From Octopus vulgaris (Eukaryota), in contig OX597828.1 of assembly GCA_951406725.2 (NCBI GenBank), positions 52,080,001 to 52,144,000 on the forward strand: a stretch of 64,000 nucleotides of DNA, in the 5' to 3' direction. Of the stretch, positions 13,708-27,484 are shown piece by piece. The notes beneath the pieces were generated by a model. It worked only from the letters and a program-made list of their open reading frames with translations. It had not been told where the DNA came from and made no database searches. Position 1 is the stretch's first letter, and each line of letters begins with the position of its first letter. The translations under genes and the position numbers were made by a program.

Positions 13708-13930
13708 GGAGGCCCGTGCTTTAGTGGTTAGGGTGTTGTACTCATGATCGTAAGAATTTGGCTTTGATTCCTGGACCGGGTGTGAGGTGTGTTCTTGAAC
13801 AAAACACTTCATTTCACGTTACCCCATTCCACCCAGCTGGTAAAAGTGACTAATTCTGCAAAAGACTGTCGTCCTGTCCTGGGGGTGTTATTCATGTACC
13901 ACAGAATCCGGGAAACCGGCCTTATGCGAT
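13708..13930 (+). mobile_element. CORE-like SINE, diverged
   Basis: GGCCCGTGCTTTAGTGGTTAGG...CATGATCGTAAG...TGTGTTCTTGAACAAAACACTTCATTTCACG. Confidence 0.7.
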
Positions 13931-14299
13931 TATGGTTCAGAAACGATATTTGATGCTTTTTTTATGTATCTTTATCAGCATATTTCAAGTAAGACTCCAG
14001 CCATATATCTATTTATCTATCGAATATATTTCGCACGCATCCTTAGTTACTTGTAGATAAATGTTTCCTTTGAAATTACCAACTGTGATTGAAACGAATT
14101 GATTCCACCGGGAATGGAAACCGCCACATATACACTTGTTGGTAAGATTACACTACCTCTGGAGTGTGGAATTCACAGAATGTAATGCATTTTATGGTAA
14201 ACTAGGAAAAAATAAAGAGCCTACGCGTGAACGCTTACATGCACACGCGCATACACACAAACACACGTATACAAGAAAACACTGCACACACACACACTT

Positions 14300-14343
<44 letters not shown>

Positions 14344-15224
14344 ACACACACACACACATACGTATATATTGCGAAAGGGAGATGCATAAATAGACAGGCA
14401 GAAAGAAAACCATTTAGATAGTGAGATACACAGGTAGGTAGATAGATTGATAGATAGATCTGGAGATAGAGAGACAGGAAGATAAATAAGTGGATAGTAC
14501 ATATACAGAAGTATACATGAACATACTTAACCATATATGTATAGACACTCGTATAAAGTCACTCTATCGACAGCTAGATAGATGCAATCAATTTGGTCGC
14601 TTTGATCAACAAGAAACGTTTTTCAGAAGTTAGTTGATCAGACAAAAATGGCTGACCGGTTAAAGCGCGATAATTTCTCGGACTTCACTCAAAATGGCGT
14701 TTCCTGATCCTGCATAAATTCTCTCTGCGGATTTCCTCGCTGTTTGCTGTGAGTGGCTAGAAAAGCAACGAAGAGCAACAACAACAACAAAATCAACGAC
14801 AGCAACAACAAAAGCAACAACAAATATTAATGATTTAATTAAGCATGAAACTTTTGAGTTTTAAAGGCGGAATAGAAGAAAAAAAAACATTACTGATGAT
14901 GTTTATACAGTTCTTGATGTTGTGAGGGTATACAAGCAAACGAATACGCATTAATATCTTGCATGAAAACCTACAAATACATGCATGTGTGTATGTGTGT
15001 GTTTATGTGTGTATGTATGTATGTATGTATGTATGTATGTATGTATGTATGTATGTATGTATGTATGTCATTATCCAGTTTTATTACAAGATTTCTTGCC
15101 AATAGTGAAAGAGCCGGTTTCTAACCTAGATCCAAGGCTAGTTCGTTGGAATTTCAACATCAACAACAAGGTCTTTTGTGTGTGTGCATGTATCTATGTA
15201 CGTATGTATGCATGAATGTATGCA

Positions 15225-16100
<876 letters not shown>

Positions 16101-16132
16101 CAGAATATGTATGTATATGTATGTCTGACTAT

Positions 16133-16628
16133 GGAGTAATAAGTTTGCTTCCTACCACAACGTTCTGCGTGGCACCTCGTGCCGACTACAGGCTTGGGAG
16201 TGGATCTGGTAAATAGAAACTGAATGAAACTTGTATATACATACATACTTATATATGTATGCATATATAGATGCATATAAGCGCTGGAGAGAATAAAGAT
16301 TCAATGTTTTAATACGTTTAAAAAAATTGGACCGTGGTGTTTTGGTACTTATGGTGTGTGACATAAAGAACCCTGTCGTATACATATGTGTGTATGTGCG
16401 CGTGTGAGTGTGTGTGTGCGTGCGTGCGTGCGTGCGTGCGTGTATGTATGTGTTTGTGTCTGTGTTTATGTATGTTTGTGTGTGTTTATGCATGTATCTT
16501 TTGTCACTGTCCCCCAATACCGCTTGGCAAGCGACTTTGCTTTTTACGTACTCATAACTTAGTGGTTCGACCAAAAGAGCCGATAGAATAAGTAAAGGGC
16601 TTTAAAAGTATAAGTACTGCGGTCGATG
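16133..16628 (+). mobile_element. SINE family A, diverged
   Basis: AAGTTTGCTTCC...GCGTGGCACC...GAAACTGA head; tail CCGCTTGGCAAGCG...TAACTTAGTGGTTCG...GCCGATAGAATAAGT. Confidence 0.65.
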
Positions 16629-16644
16629 CATGTATGTATGTATG

Positions 16645-16678
<34 letters not shown>

Positions 16679-16893
16679 AATATTAATGGAAATAGAGAAA
16701 TACAACTGACATATACATTTATTAACATTATAATGTAATATAATTATACTACAAAAAGATATAATATAATATAAAAAATTATAATATAGTTGTTATATTA
16801 TATTATATTATATCTTTTTATAATATAATTATATTATATTATAATGTTAATAAATTGATATGTCAATTGTATTTCTCTATTTCCTTTAATATT
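16679..16893. repeat. AT-rich palindrome with ~95-bp arms
   Basis: AATATTAATGGAAATAGAGAAATACAACTGACATAT... is the near reverse complement of ...ATATGTCAATTGTATTTCTCTATTTCCTTTAATATT. Confidence 0.85.
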
Positions 16894-17391
16894 CATTTAT
16901 TAAAATTACACCATTGTAAGTTCTGTTTTTTCCCCTACTATATAGTGGCATTTAACTGAAGAACCAGTGAAAATTGGATGTTTTCCATCCCTTCGAAGGG
17001 AATTGTTTTTACCTTGGATTGAATAATAATAATATATATATATATGTATGTATGTATGTATTTATTAGGAATTCAAATATGTAAAACAACTTGCATTTAC
17101 ATCTGGAAAAAAAAGTTTTCATTTAAAATTGACGAGTGATTCAACAGCTGCCATTGATTCGATATATTTGCATTCAAGAAGAAGAGTGTATTGCAATTTG
17201 TGTGTTGTCCAGGAAGATGCTCAACGCTTAAGGCACCTCACACCTAATTATTCGAGTTTGCCCTAGAAGAAAAGAAAAGAAATTAGGGGAAGGGGAGAAA
17301 AATAAATCGGACATATTTTGGCAATTGTCCTGGGATGGGTGGAGGAGAGGCTATTGACATTTGAAATGAAATTAAGGGTTAATGATATATG

Positions 17392-17730
17392 GTGGTGACC
17401 CCCTTCGGTCAGACACTGACCATGGGTTTGCACCTAGAGAGTTACCCTCTGAGGCACAAGTCTGGGCAGGGTTGTTTTATGGAAGACCAACGGTCGCCCA
17501 TGCATACCGGCCTCCCCTCTCCACGTCACCGATGTTATCCAAGGGAAAGACAAAGGGGCCGATACAGCTTGGCACCATTGACGTCGCAACTCATTTCTAC
17601 AGCTGAGTGAACTGGAGCAACGTGAAATAAAGTGTCTTGCTCAAGAACACAACACGCAGCTCGGTCCGGGATTCGAGCTCACAACCTCACGATCGTAAGC
17701 TCGACGCTCTAACCACTGAGCCACGCGCCT
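17392..17730 (-). mobile_element. SINE family B (tRNA head, CORE-like domain), full length
   Basis: rc GGCGCGTGGCTCAGTGGTTAGAGCG (A box), GAGCTCGAATCC (B box), GTTCTTGAGCAAGACACTTTATTTCAC...CAGCTGTAGAAATG; highly similar to 63066-63400. Confidence 0.9.
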
Positions 17731-17815
17731 TATATATGTATATATACATGGCGCAAAACAAAACCATTTGCACAGTCAGAGTTTAACGTGACAGTTATGG
17801 ATTATGACCCCGTAG

Positions 17816-17872
17816 GCCACACTGACGAGGCTCAAGGTTTAAATACCCAGAAGCTGAAACCTGGTTTATGGA
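17816..17872 (+). ncRNA. Type-I hammerhead ribozyme motif, partly degenerate
   Basis: ccaca-CTGACGA-ggct..agct-GAAAC-ctg-GTT-tatgg; core present, stem I has one mismatch. Confidence 0.5.
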
Positions 17873-18173
17873 TATCCCTAATAGCATAATAGTTTTATTG
17901 GTGCGAGGAAAACAGAAATCCTTTCTGTTTTCCTCATATACTGTTTTTATGTTTTCTTGGTGCGGTACGGTTGATAAATTTAAGACTTTGGCTCTTATTT
18001 CTAGCAGGTGGATGCTTGTTAAGCATTCTCACGCTTCATACGCATTTAATGCTCTTGCGCCTGCGATCCACCTATGTCACTGCTGCTGATATCATCAATT
18101 TTAAAATTCATCCACAGATGATATGAACAGTATTGACATCTGATTACCAATCTCAGTGTCTGAATGTTTTGCT

Positions 18174-18222
<49 letters not shown>

Positions 18223-18622
18223 TTAATAAGGGTGAAAGAATTAGATACTAATTTAATAGTATATCTATTCAACACCCTGTTCGTGTGAGCTAACAATCGT
18301 ACTGACTTTCATGGGAAACATATATTTTTGTGGTTGAAACCTTTTGGATTAACTAGTGCTAGAGTGAGCCATATAGTGACCACTCTCTTATATTTATATA
18401 TATATATATATATATGTATACATACATTTTATATATACATATTTACATTATATATATGTATTTTTCCCTCACGGGCTATTCTTTACTGGAAGGCGATACT
18501 TTGTATTGCATTACTAATTTATTGAAGCTTCTTCACCGTTTTTCGTACTATTGGCGTTCCGCGTTTCAGTCGAGTGTAATAGTATTAATGTGGTAACATC
18601 GTAGATTTCGTCATGGTATATG

Positions 18623-18696
18623 CTTGGCTGATGAAGATAGAATAAGATATGGGTGGCAGTCGTATCTTTTAAAATCTGAAACCTGCACGTCCCACA
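18623..18696 (+). ncRNA. Type-I hammerhead ribozyme motif with long stem II
   Basis: tgg-CTGATGA-agat..aagatatg/cgtatctt..atct-GAAAC-ctgcac-GTC-cca; predicted cleavage after C18691. Confidence 0.65.
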
Positions 18697-18882
18697 TTAT
18701 CCTTTTCCGGGTATTTCATCTTTCAGATGTTCTCCCTGGAGGTAAGACGTTTTTCTCTAGTTTGTTGCACACACGCATTTTTACTAATACATACGCGGTG
18801 AAGCTATACATTAGCGTCGTATTTTTACGTTCGCTATTTCCAGTAAATATCGGTACTTAGTTGTGCCATTTATTTACTACTT

Positions 18883-18914
<32 letters not shown>

Positions 18915-18917
<3 letters not shown>

Positions 18918-19085
18918 TGTTTCGGGTACTGGACTGCGCCCACAGAGGGCCACCCTCATGAAGGGCTTTAGATCAACAGCTCGACCCCAGTACTTATTCT
19001 TTTAGTCTAGTGCATATTGTATCATATTTCTCCTGCCGAACTGCGAAGTTATGGGAAAGTAAACGCAGACACGACGACATTACCC
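18915..19085 (-). mobile_element. SINE family A 3' fragment, old
   Basis: GACTGCG, TCGACCCCAGTACTTATTCTTT, TGCCGAACTGC.AAGTTA.GGG.A.GTAAAC. Confidence 0.55.
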
Positions 19086-19091
19086 CACTAT

Positions 19092-19339
<248 letters not shown>

Positions 19340-19863
19340 ACACACGCACACACATTCCAAGGGTTTAACAAATATAACAAACGGAAAATTCGTAGCTAAT
19401 TTCTCGTCGGTCAGCAACGTTCAAGAGATTATAACGATATCGCACCGTTATCGTTCATACCGTGCCCTCTTGGTGGCGCTACTTTGGAGTAGCTAACGGA
19501 CGTACAGGACATTCAAGAAAACAAACAAGACAAACTAAAATAATTATAATACATACATACATACACAACAGAAATCACTGTGTGGCTACAAGAGAGACGA
19601 ATATGGGTAACGCATAAGAAAATTAAAATATCCTATTGGACTAAAGACACGAGAATGGCAAAACGAAGGAAGAAGTGAACAAACCGTGTAGAAGTAGGTG
19701 TATACATACATACATACATACATACATACATACATACATACATACATACATACATACATACATACATACATACATACATAACATACATATATATATATAT
19801 GTATGCATGTATATATATACATATATACATATATGTCTATACATATGTAAATATATATATATA

Positions 19864-19907
<44 letters not shown>

Positions 19908-20478
19908 CATGCAAAGAAACAGAGTGAGAGAGAGAGAGAGACGTTCGCGTATTGTCTCTTGGGCAGTCCATTAAGTAGCATGAACTCCTCATTCTCTCTA
20001 GTAAAAAATTTATTTGCATTAAGTTCACAAAAAAAATAATAAAAGAAAAATTTTGCTTTCCTTCATCTACGTTTATTTTATAAAAATAATGGTCTCATCG
20101 ACAATAAGAACAATGCTAACAACAACAACAACAGGAATAGCAAGAATAGTTATAAGAGCAATAACAGCAACGAGCTTAGCATTAGTTGTAACCACAAATT
20201 TAGCAAAACCAACGCTACAAGCTGCAACAGCAGTTACAGTAACAGTTGCAGCAGCAGAAGCAGATGTAGAAACAACAACAGCAACAATCATAACAAAAGC
20301 AACAACAATCTCAATATAAGTATAAAAAGAAATAGGCTAAAAACAATACAACGGTAATCATAGCGTCATCATCATCATCATCATCAATAACAACAAGTGC
20401 ATCAGTAACAATAGCGACACCATATCAAGGAAACAAACTAAAACAGTCAGTTTTATACACCCACACACATACATATTC

Positions 20479-20526
<48 letters not shown>

Positions 20527-20599
20527 ATATGTGTATGTGTGTGTGTACATACATATATACATATATATACACAAACTCATATATATGATTATATATACT

Positions 20600-20643
<44 letters not shown>

Positions 20644-20809
20644 CATATGTATATATATACATATATATATAAACACGCATATATATGAGCCTATATACTT
20701 ATGCATGTATGTGTGTATATATAAATATATATATATTGGTATGACTGTTTATATGTGTGTGTTCGTGTGTCTCTGTGTGTATGTATCTATGTATGAATGC
20801 ATGTATGTA

Positions 20810-20846
<37 letters not shown>

Positions 20847-21294
20847 ATATACATATATATAGATATATAAATATGCACACACACACTCACGCTCACACAT
20901 TCACACACACACACACGCTCACACACACACATGTATATATATAGACATACATGCGCATGTATGTAATATAAAGAGTGATAAGTGTATTAACTACAGCATC
21001 AACAAGAACAGCAATAACGTCCATAAAAACCGCAACAACAACAACAACAACGATCAATAAGAACGACGGTAATAAAAAAGATAACATTCAAACAGGCAAC
21101 AAAAACAAAAAAAAACAACAAAACAACAAATTGAATGCAACATTAGCAAACGATAACAATAACAGCACAAACAACAACAACAACAACAACAATGCCGTTA
21201 TAAACAGTTCCTATATGAAGTCAAAACCATGACGTTTGATTGGTTTGTAGTATCGATTTCAGATTGGGGGGGGGGGAGAAACAAACCGAAGTCA

Positions 21295-21314
21295 ATAGCG
21301 ATGACGATGATGAC

Positions 21315-21345
<31 letters not shown>

Positions 21346-21789
21346 ATGATGATGATCATGATGATGATAATGATGATGGTGATGATGATGGTGGTGGTGG
21401 TGGTGGTGATGATGATGATGATAATGATCATGATGATCATGATGATGATCATGATGTTCATGATGATGATCATGATGATGATGGTGGTGGTGGTGGTGAT
21501 GATGACGATGATGTTGATGATGATGATGACGATAATGATGATGTTGTTGTTGTTGGGGGTGGTGATGGTGATGATGATGGCGATGATGAAGACGACGACG
21601 ACGACGATGATGATGATGTGTATGATGATGATGAGGATGATGATGATGACGCAACCACGTTTACAAAGACGGTGGCGAGGTGGTAGTGGTGGTGGTTGTG
21701 TTGGTGGTGATGTTGGTTGCAGCGGTTGTGATGATGGTGGCAGTGGTGGCGATGACGACGATGACAATAAGGAGGGGGTGGATGATGAA

Positions 21790-21827
<38 letters not shown>

Positions 21828-21907
21828 CGATGATGATAATGACTGTAGCCATAATAATTATGATAATAACAATAATAATAATAATAATAATAATAATAGT
21901 AATAATG

Positions 21908-21971
<64 letters not shown>

Positions 21972-22168
21972 CGACGACGGCGATGAAGGTGGTGGTGGTG
22001 GTGGTGGTGTTTATCACGATTCGGGTGACGACGATAATGTTCATGGGGGTAACCATATAACAACAGCGATGTCAATAACGATCGTGATGATGGTGGTGGT
22101 GTTGGTGGTGATGGTGATGGTGATGGTGATGATGATGACGACGGTGACAACGACGACGACGACGACGT
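21295..22168. repeat. Long in-phase compound (GAT)/(GGT)/(GAC)/(AAT) tract
   Basis: Directly visible; source of the poly-M/D/H/N pseudo-ORFs. Confidence 0.92.
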
Positions 22169-22175
22169 GAAGCAA

Positions 22176-22297
22176 GCCGGTCACGCTTGACTGACCAGCC
22201 ATTTGATCAATGCTATACGAGCAGCTAGTCAGCTGTGAACGGGTAATGGTTCTCACGTATTGGCAGCCAGTCAGCCGTGAAGGGGTTGTGATTTATA
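22176..22297. promoter_or_regulatory. Candidate enhancer with three paired-domain (Pax)-like sites
   Basis: GGTCACGCTTGACTG (22179-22193, +); rc TTCACAGCTGACTAG (~22225-22239); rc TTCACGGCTGACTG (22268-22281); TGATTTAT at 22289-22296. Confidence 0.35.
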
Positions 22298-22317
22298 GAA
22301 CAACAGCACCAATGGAA

Positions 22318-22351
<34 letters not shown>

Positions 22352-22631
22352 ACAGGCGTAAACAACGCTGGTTACTGTAATAGTGGCGGCGGTAGTGCTA
22401 GTGGTGGTGGTGGTGGTGGTGGTGGGCATAAACAAGAGACTCAGTATGAACAACAATAACAAAAAGTAGTGGCAACTGCAACAGTGTCAACAATAACAAC
22501 AATAAAGATACATCGGAATAGACACAACAACAACGACTACAACAACAGCAACTTCGACAACTACAATATGTGATACGGAGGAGATATTAGCGAGCGATAC
22601 AATGAAAATGGGAGTAATTGTATGGAGTGTA

Positions 22632-22712
<81 letters not shown>

Positions 22713-22750
22713 GTAGGTAGGTAGTTAGGTATTTCCTACTCTCAATTTCA

Positions 22751-22783
<33 letters not shown>

Positions 22784-22813
22784 GATACATACATACATGC
22801 ATACATACATACC

Positions 22814-22862
<49 letters not shown>

Positions 22863-22882
22863 GTATATATATATATAATATA

Positions 22883-22970
<88 letters not shown>

Positions 22971-23635
22971 AGATAAATAGATATAACCATGATGCATCTA
23001 TATATTCGTGAACACATGCGCAAACGTTTGCATACAGACATTTATACACACTTGCATACACACACACTTTCGCACACTTTCGCACATACAGCTGCACGCA
23101 CACGCACACACCTATACTCAAACACATACACACACACACACGAATACATGCACACATGATCCATATAAACGTATACTGACAGCGACATGAAGTTGGCAGA
23201 AAGAGAAAGGTCGATAGAGTCGTGAGGAGGTGTGAAAGTCGTTGTGATTGCGGATCGATCAACACAATGACCGACAGAATACACTCCCCCTTTCACTCTT
23301 CCCTCTTCTATTTTTCTTCGTGTATGCTTGTGTGTGTGTGTGAGTGTTTGTGTGTGTGTGTGTGTTTGTGTGTGTGTTTCTTTGCGTGTGTGTGTGTGTG
23401 TTAATTGCGGCTATAAAATCCTGGTGTATTATTTTTATCTCTTTAAAAAATGTATACCTCAGAAATCAAACATGTGGCAATCAAGTACACGCGAACATAT
23501 TACTTTAATTCTGATATGTGGGTGTGTGTATGTGTGTGTGTGTGTGTGTGTGAGTGTATGTGTTTATGTGTGTGCGTGTGTGCGCGTGTGAGTGAGTGTG
23601 TGTGTGTATGTTTTGTATATACATATATATGTATG

Positions 23636-23685
<50 letters not shown>

Positions 23686-23906
23686 GTGTACAAAGTCATA
23701 CACACGCACGTATGCACACACGCACACACATATAAGCGCGCACACGCATACGTATGCGCGCACTTTTGTATACTAAGTATCCTCATCACCCATCCTCTCT
23801 TCTATTTCTTCCCCTCATTGTTTTCTTAAATCCCAACATAGATTGTAATTGTAACGCCCTCTTCATCTGATGCACCAGTGGCAAAGAAAAGAAATAATAC
23901 TAATAC

Positions 23907-23972
<66 letters not shown>

Positions 23973-24026
23973 TGATGATGATGATGATGATGATGGTGGT
24001 GGTTGTGGTGGTGGTGGTAGTGGTGG

Positions 24027-24061
<35 letters not shown>

Positions 24062-24096
24062 TTTATGATGATGATGATGGTGATGATGATGATAAT

Positions 24097-24563
24097 GAAA
24101 AGTTGGGCTACAGCAAATATTCTGATCAATACTACAGATTTGATCGTCAGCTGTTTGACCTTAACCAGGTGAACATGTCCCTTACTGGCTGATGACACGT
24201 GCATCCCTGATCACGAACAGAAGTAGTGGGGGGGGGGCATCATAGCTATGTGTTGAGAGGAATTCTTTGGGGTTTGAATAATTCACCTCAGGAAACATGG
24301 GTGTTTTGGTCATCATCCTCAATCAAACCTTATTCAGGGATCTTTTGAGCGGGATGGGCTCTTCGACCTGAAGAAAATTCTAACTGGGTCCCACCTGCAC
24401 GGTTATACACTGTTTATCCTGATATTAAATGGAGATGCTGTGCACATATGGTTACTATGAATTTGCCTAGTGTACCCTTATCAGGGTAGTCTTGATGAGT
24501 GTACAGCGCTTTGTACCGCAGTGTCACTCTGATGACATGCGCTGCTCTCTCACTCAGTAATAA
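24097..24563 (+). mobile_element. Interspersed repeat ending CTCTCTCACTCA(TAA)n, probably a non-LTR 3' end or SINE
   Basis: Sits directly after an (AAT)/(GAT) tract and ends in TAATAAT; single copy here, so the repeat assignment relies on recalled similarity to octopus repeats. Confidence 0.45.
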
Positions 24564-24604
24564 TATTTATAATGCTGATGCTGGTGATGATAATGATTTT
24601 AATT

Positions 24605-24732
24605 TTTGGCACAAGGCCAGCAGTTTTGAGGAGTCGAAAATTCGATTACTCCAGCCCCAGTACTCAACTGGCACTTAGTTTATCGACCTCAAAAGTTTAC
24701 CTCGGCGGAATTTGAACTCAGACTGTAAACAC
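24605..24732 (-). mobile_element. SINE family C fragment
   Basis: GGCACAAGGCCAGCA...CCCCAGTACTCAACTGG...ACCTCGGCGGAATTTGAACTCAGA. Confidence 0.7.
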
Positions 24733-24889
24733 AGACCTGTTCTGGGTGGGGCTCTCACTACACGGGAAGTAACTCACCTCAGTGTGTATTGTTGTCGTTA
24801 CATCACTCAAACGATTGATGTGAATTTATAGACCTTTGTTACGATACCACGTTGTAACAAGGTTTCTGTAGCAATCGTAGGCCACTCAC

Positions 24890-24909
24890 CGTCAGATAAC
24901 AGCCTCTCT
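24890..24909 (-). other. Candidate micro-exon (alternative donor would extend it to 24778)
   Basis: T-run-cctAG|AGAGAGGCTGTTATCTGACG|GTGAGT; a second GAG|GTGAGT donor at 24778; the long form has stops in all frames. Confidence 0.3.
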
Positions 24910-25191
24910 CTAGGAAAAAAAAACGATTTTGCTAATCAATGTATGTAAATGAATATGTGTGCAGTGGGAAAGTATTCATCAGTTTCACTCTTGCATCATT
25001 AACATATCTCAATAGTTCTAGATCGAGATCCATTTCGACACAACAAAATAACCGAACCAAACAGGATGATAACAGTCTCTCTCCTCTATTTCCTCTTCTC
25101 ATACTTTCGTCTGTCACTTTTTCTCCCTCGGTCTCTGTCTGTCTCCCTACACATATACACACACACAAATACATACACACACACAGACACA

Positions 25192-25238
<47 letters not shown>

Positions 25239-25434
25239 CAAACACACACACAACATATAGTTCAAATTTACAGAAAACCAAAGACGAAAACAGATGAAAG
25301 AACACCCAACAGGTGGATTAGTTTAACAGTTTAACACTCGCGAAGAATAGTAAAGTATTCGGCAGATTGGACTGAGAGAAAAAATGGAGAGAGAAAAATG
25401 TGTAGGGAATAACGGTTCAACATGATGAAATGGC

Positions 25435-25468
<34 letters not shown>

Positions 25469-25498
25469 CAAAATAAGCAACAAGGATATCCAGAGGTA

Positions 25499-25588
25499 AT
25501 GCAGTACGATCGTTTCATGTGACTCCATTTAATTGAACAATGCAAATATTACATCAGTTTTAAAATGTAGAGCAATCTTCAGCTGCAT
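25499..25588 (-). ncRNA. Type-I hammerhead ribozyme motif with ~59-nt stem II
   Basis: Minus strand: ATGCAG-CTGAAGA-(ttgctctacattt...aaatggagtcacat)-GAAAC-gatc-GTA-CTGCAT; perfect 6-bp stem I, palindromic ACGATCGT stem/loop III; base of stem II imperfect. Confidence 0.6.
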
Positions 25589-25760
25589 AAAAATATAGAA
25601 TTTAGTTAAATTCTAAGGATTCATTTGTATAGTTATTCCATTAACCAAAATCACAAAGAGGATACCAAAGAACGTGTTTCATCAACAACGAAACATTATC
25701 ATTTATTTTTAATGACTATATGTGTTTGGATAGTGACGTATCATTTAAATTCAGGGCACC

Positions 25761-25805
25761 GCAGTCCGACGAGGATTTAGCTGACCGAAACCTCGAAGTC
25801 ACTAT
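25761..25805 (+). ncRNA. Degenerate hammerhead motif
   Basis: agt-CCGACGA (T>C in core)-gg..cc-GAAAC-ctcgaa-GTC-act. Confidence 0.4.
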
Positions 25806-26625
25806 CAATAATATTCTTCTTTAAGAATTGTAAATTTGTATTCTACAAAAGCATAGAGAAACCAGTCAAATTAAAGTAAAATTGCTTTTATTATAAGTGA
25901 ACATAAAATCAAACACTGATGTGTGTGTGTGTGTGTTTGTAGAGAGAGAAAGAGAAATATGTATATGAATATATGTACATGTATAATATATATATATATA
26001 CACTCATATATATATATATATGAATACATGCACACACACACACACACACACACACAAACATATATTCATATATATAGGCGTGTATGTTTGTGTGTTTATC
26101 TATATGGAGTATGCATGTGTGTATACTTTTCACTGGCCCTGTTTAATCACTCGGTTATTTATTCTTAAAAATAGGTCCCATGCAGGACGTTAGATTATTG
26201 TATAATCCTAACTCCGGCCTAGCATTGTGTTTCCGTCACAACGTCTCTTTCCCTAATATATATTTTGTATAATTGCCATGCGTTCGTGTTTGTGTGATAC
26301 AGTCTGGGGTTGAGAGAAAGAGAGAGAGAGAGAGAAAGACAAAGAGAGAGAGAGAGAGAGAAAGAAAAAGAGTGGGGAAAAATCAAAGAGAGAGAGAGAG
26401 GGGTAGAGAACTGTCATGAATATGCAATAATACAATTGTATAAATGGGAATGTTTTCGTATATGACGTAAGGAGAAAGGGAGAGAAATCAGTTAAAGTAG
26501 TTTGAGAGAGTGATAGACAGGTGAGAGAGAGAGAGAGAGATAAAAAAACTTTAGCTAGAAAGGCAAGACGGACAGAGAGAGATAAGGTAGAAGTCATACC
26601 GAAGTAGCTCTTTATCTTTACTCCG

Positions 26626-26672
<47 letters not shown>

Positions 26673-26676
26673 ATAC

Positions 26677-26744
<68 letters not shown>

Positions 26745-27157
26745 ATGTATATACATACATATATATATGTATATATGTATTTATAGACAAGAGAGTTTGA
26801 CAGAGAGAGAGAGAGAACGAAAATAAACTAGAAAGATAGGCAATATTTGTGCACGTGTGCGTTTGCATGTGTGTGTGTGTGCAAAAGGATGCACACGCGC
26901 ACACACACACACACACACACATACATACATACATACATACATACATACACGTAAAAAAGGAATGGTTGAGACAGAAAGAGTAGTAATAAATGAGTCACGT
27001 GACTGTATATATATAAAATAAACAGATGGTTGAATTATAACCATCAATTGGCATAACACTGCATGTCTGCAGTGTGCAGTGTCACCAATGAGCTTTAACT
27101 AAACCATGCATGATAAATGTCGACACTCATGCACATGCGTGTGTGTGTGCATAGCAC

Positions 27158-27201
<44 letters not shown>

Positions 27202-27437
27202 TATACATATGTGTGTATGACTTGTATATATACACATTTATATATACAATAATAAACAAGGTGCATACATACAGAGTATATATATATATATTGCATATAA
27301 ATATGCATGCATGTATATATATGCATATATGTATATATGTATATATATATATTTATATATATACATATAGATAGATAGCTACATACATATTACATATTAT
27401 ACATGCATATATATATATATGTGTGTGAGTGTGTATG

Positions 27438-27484
<47 letters not shown>

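Noticed and set aside
17650-17730. tRNA gene (also 63325-63400, 40003-40090)
   Set aside because: tRNA-like SINE heads that run into SINE bodies; no complete cloverleaf or terminator
21229-22170. 313-aa Met/Asp/Asn-rich ORF (superficially reflectin- or biomineral-like)
   Set aside because: Pure in-phase triplet repeats, open in several frames and both strands; no reflectin motif or signal peptide
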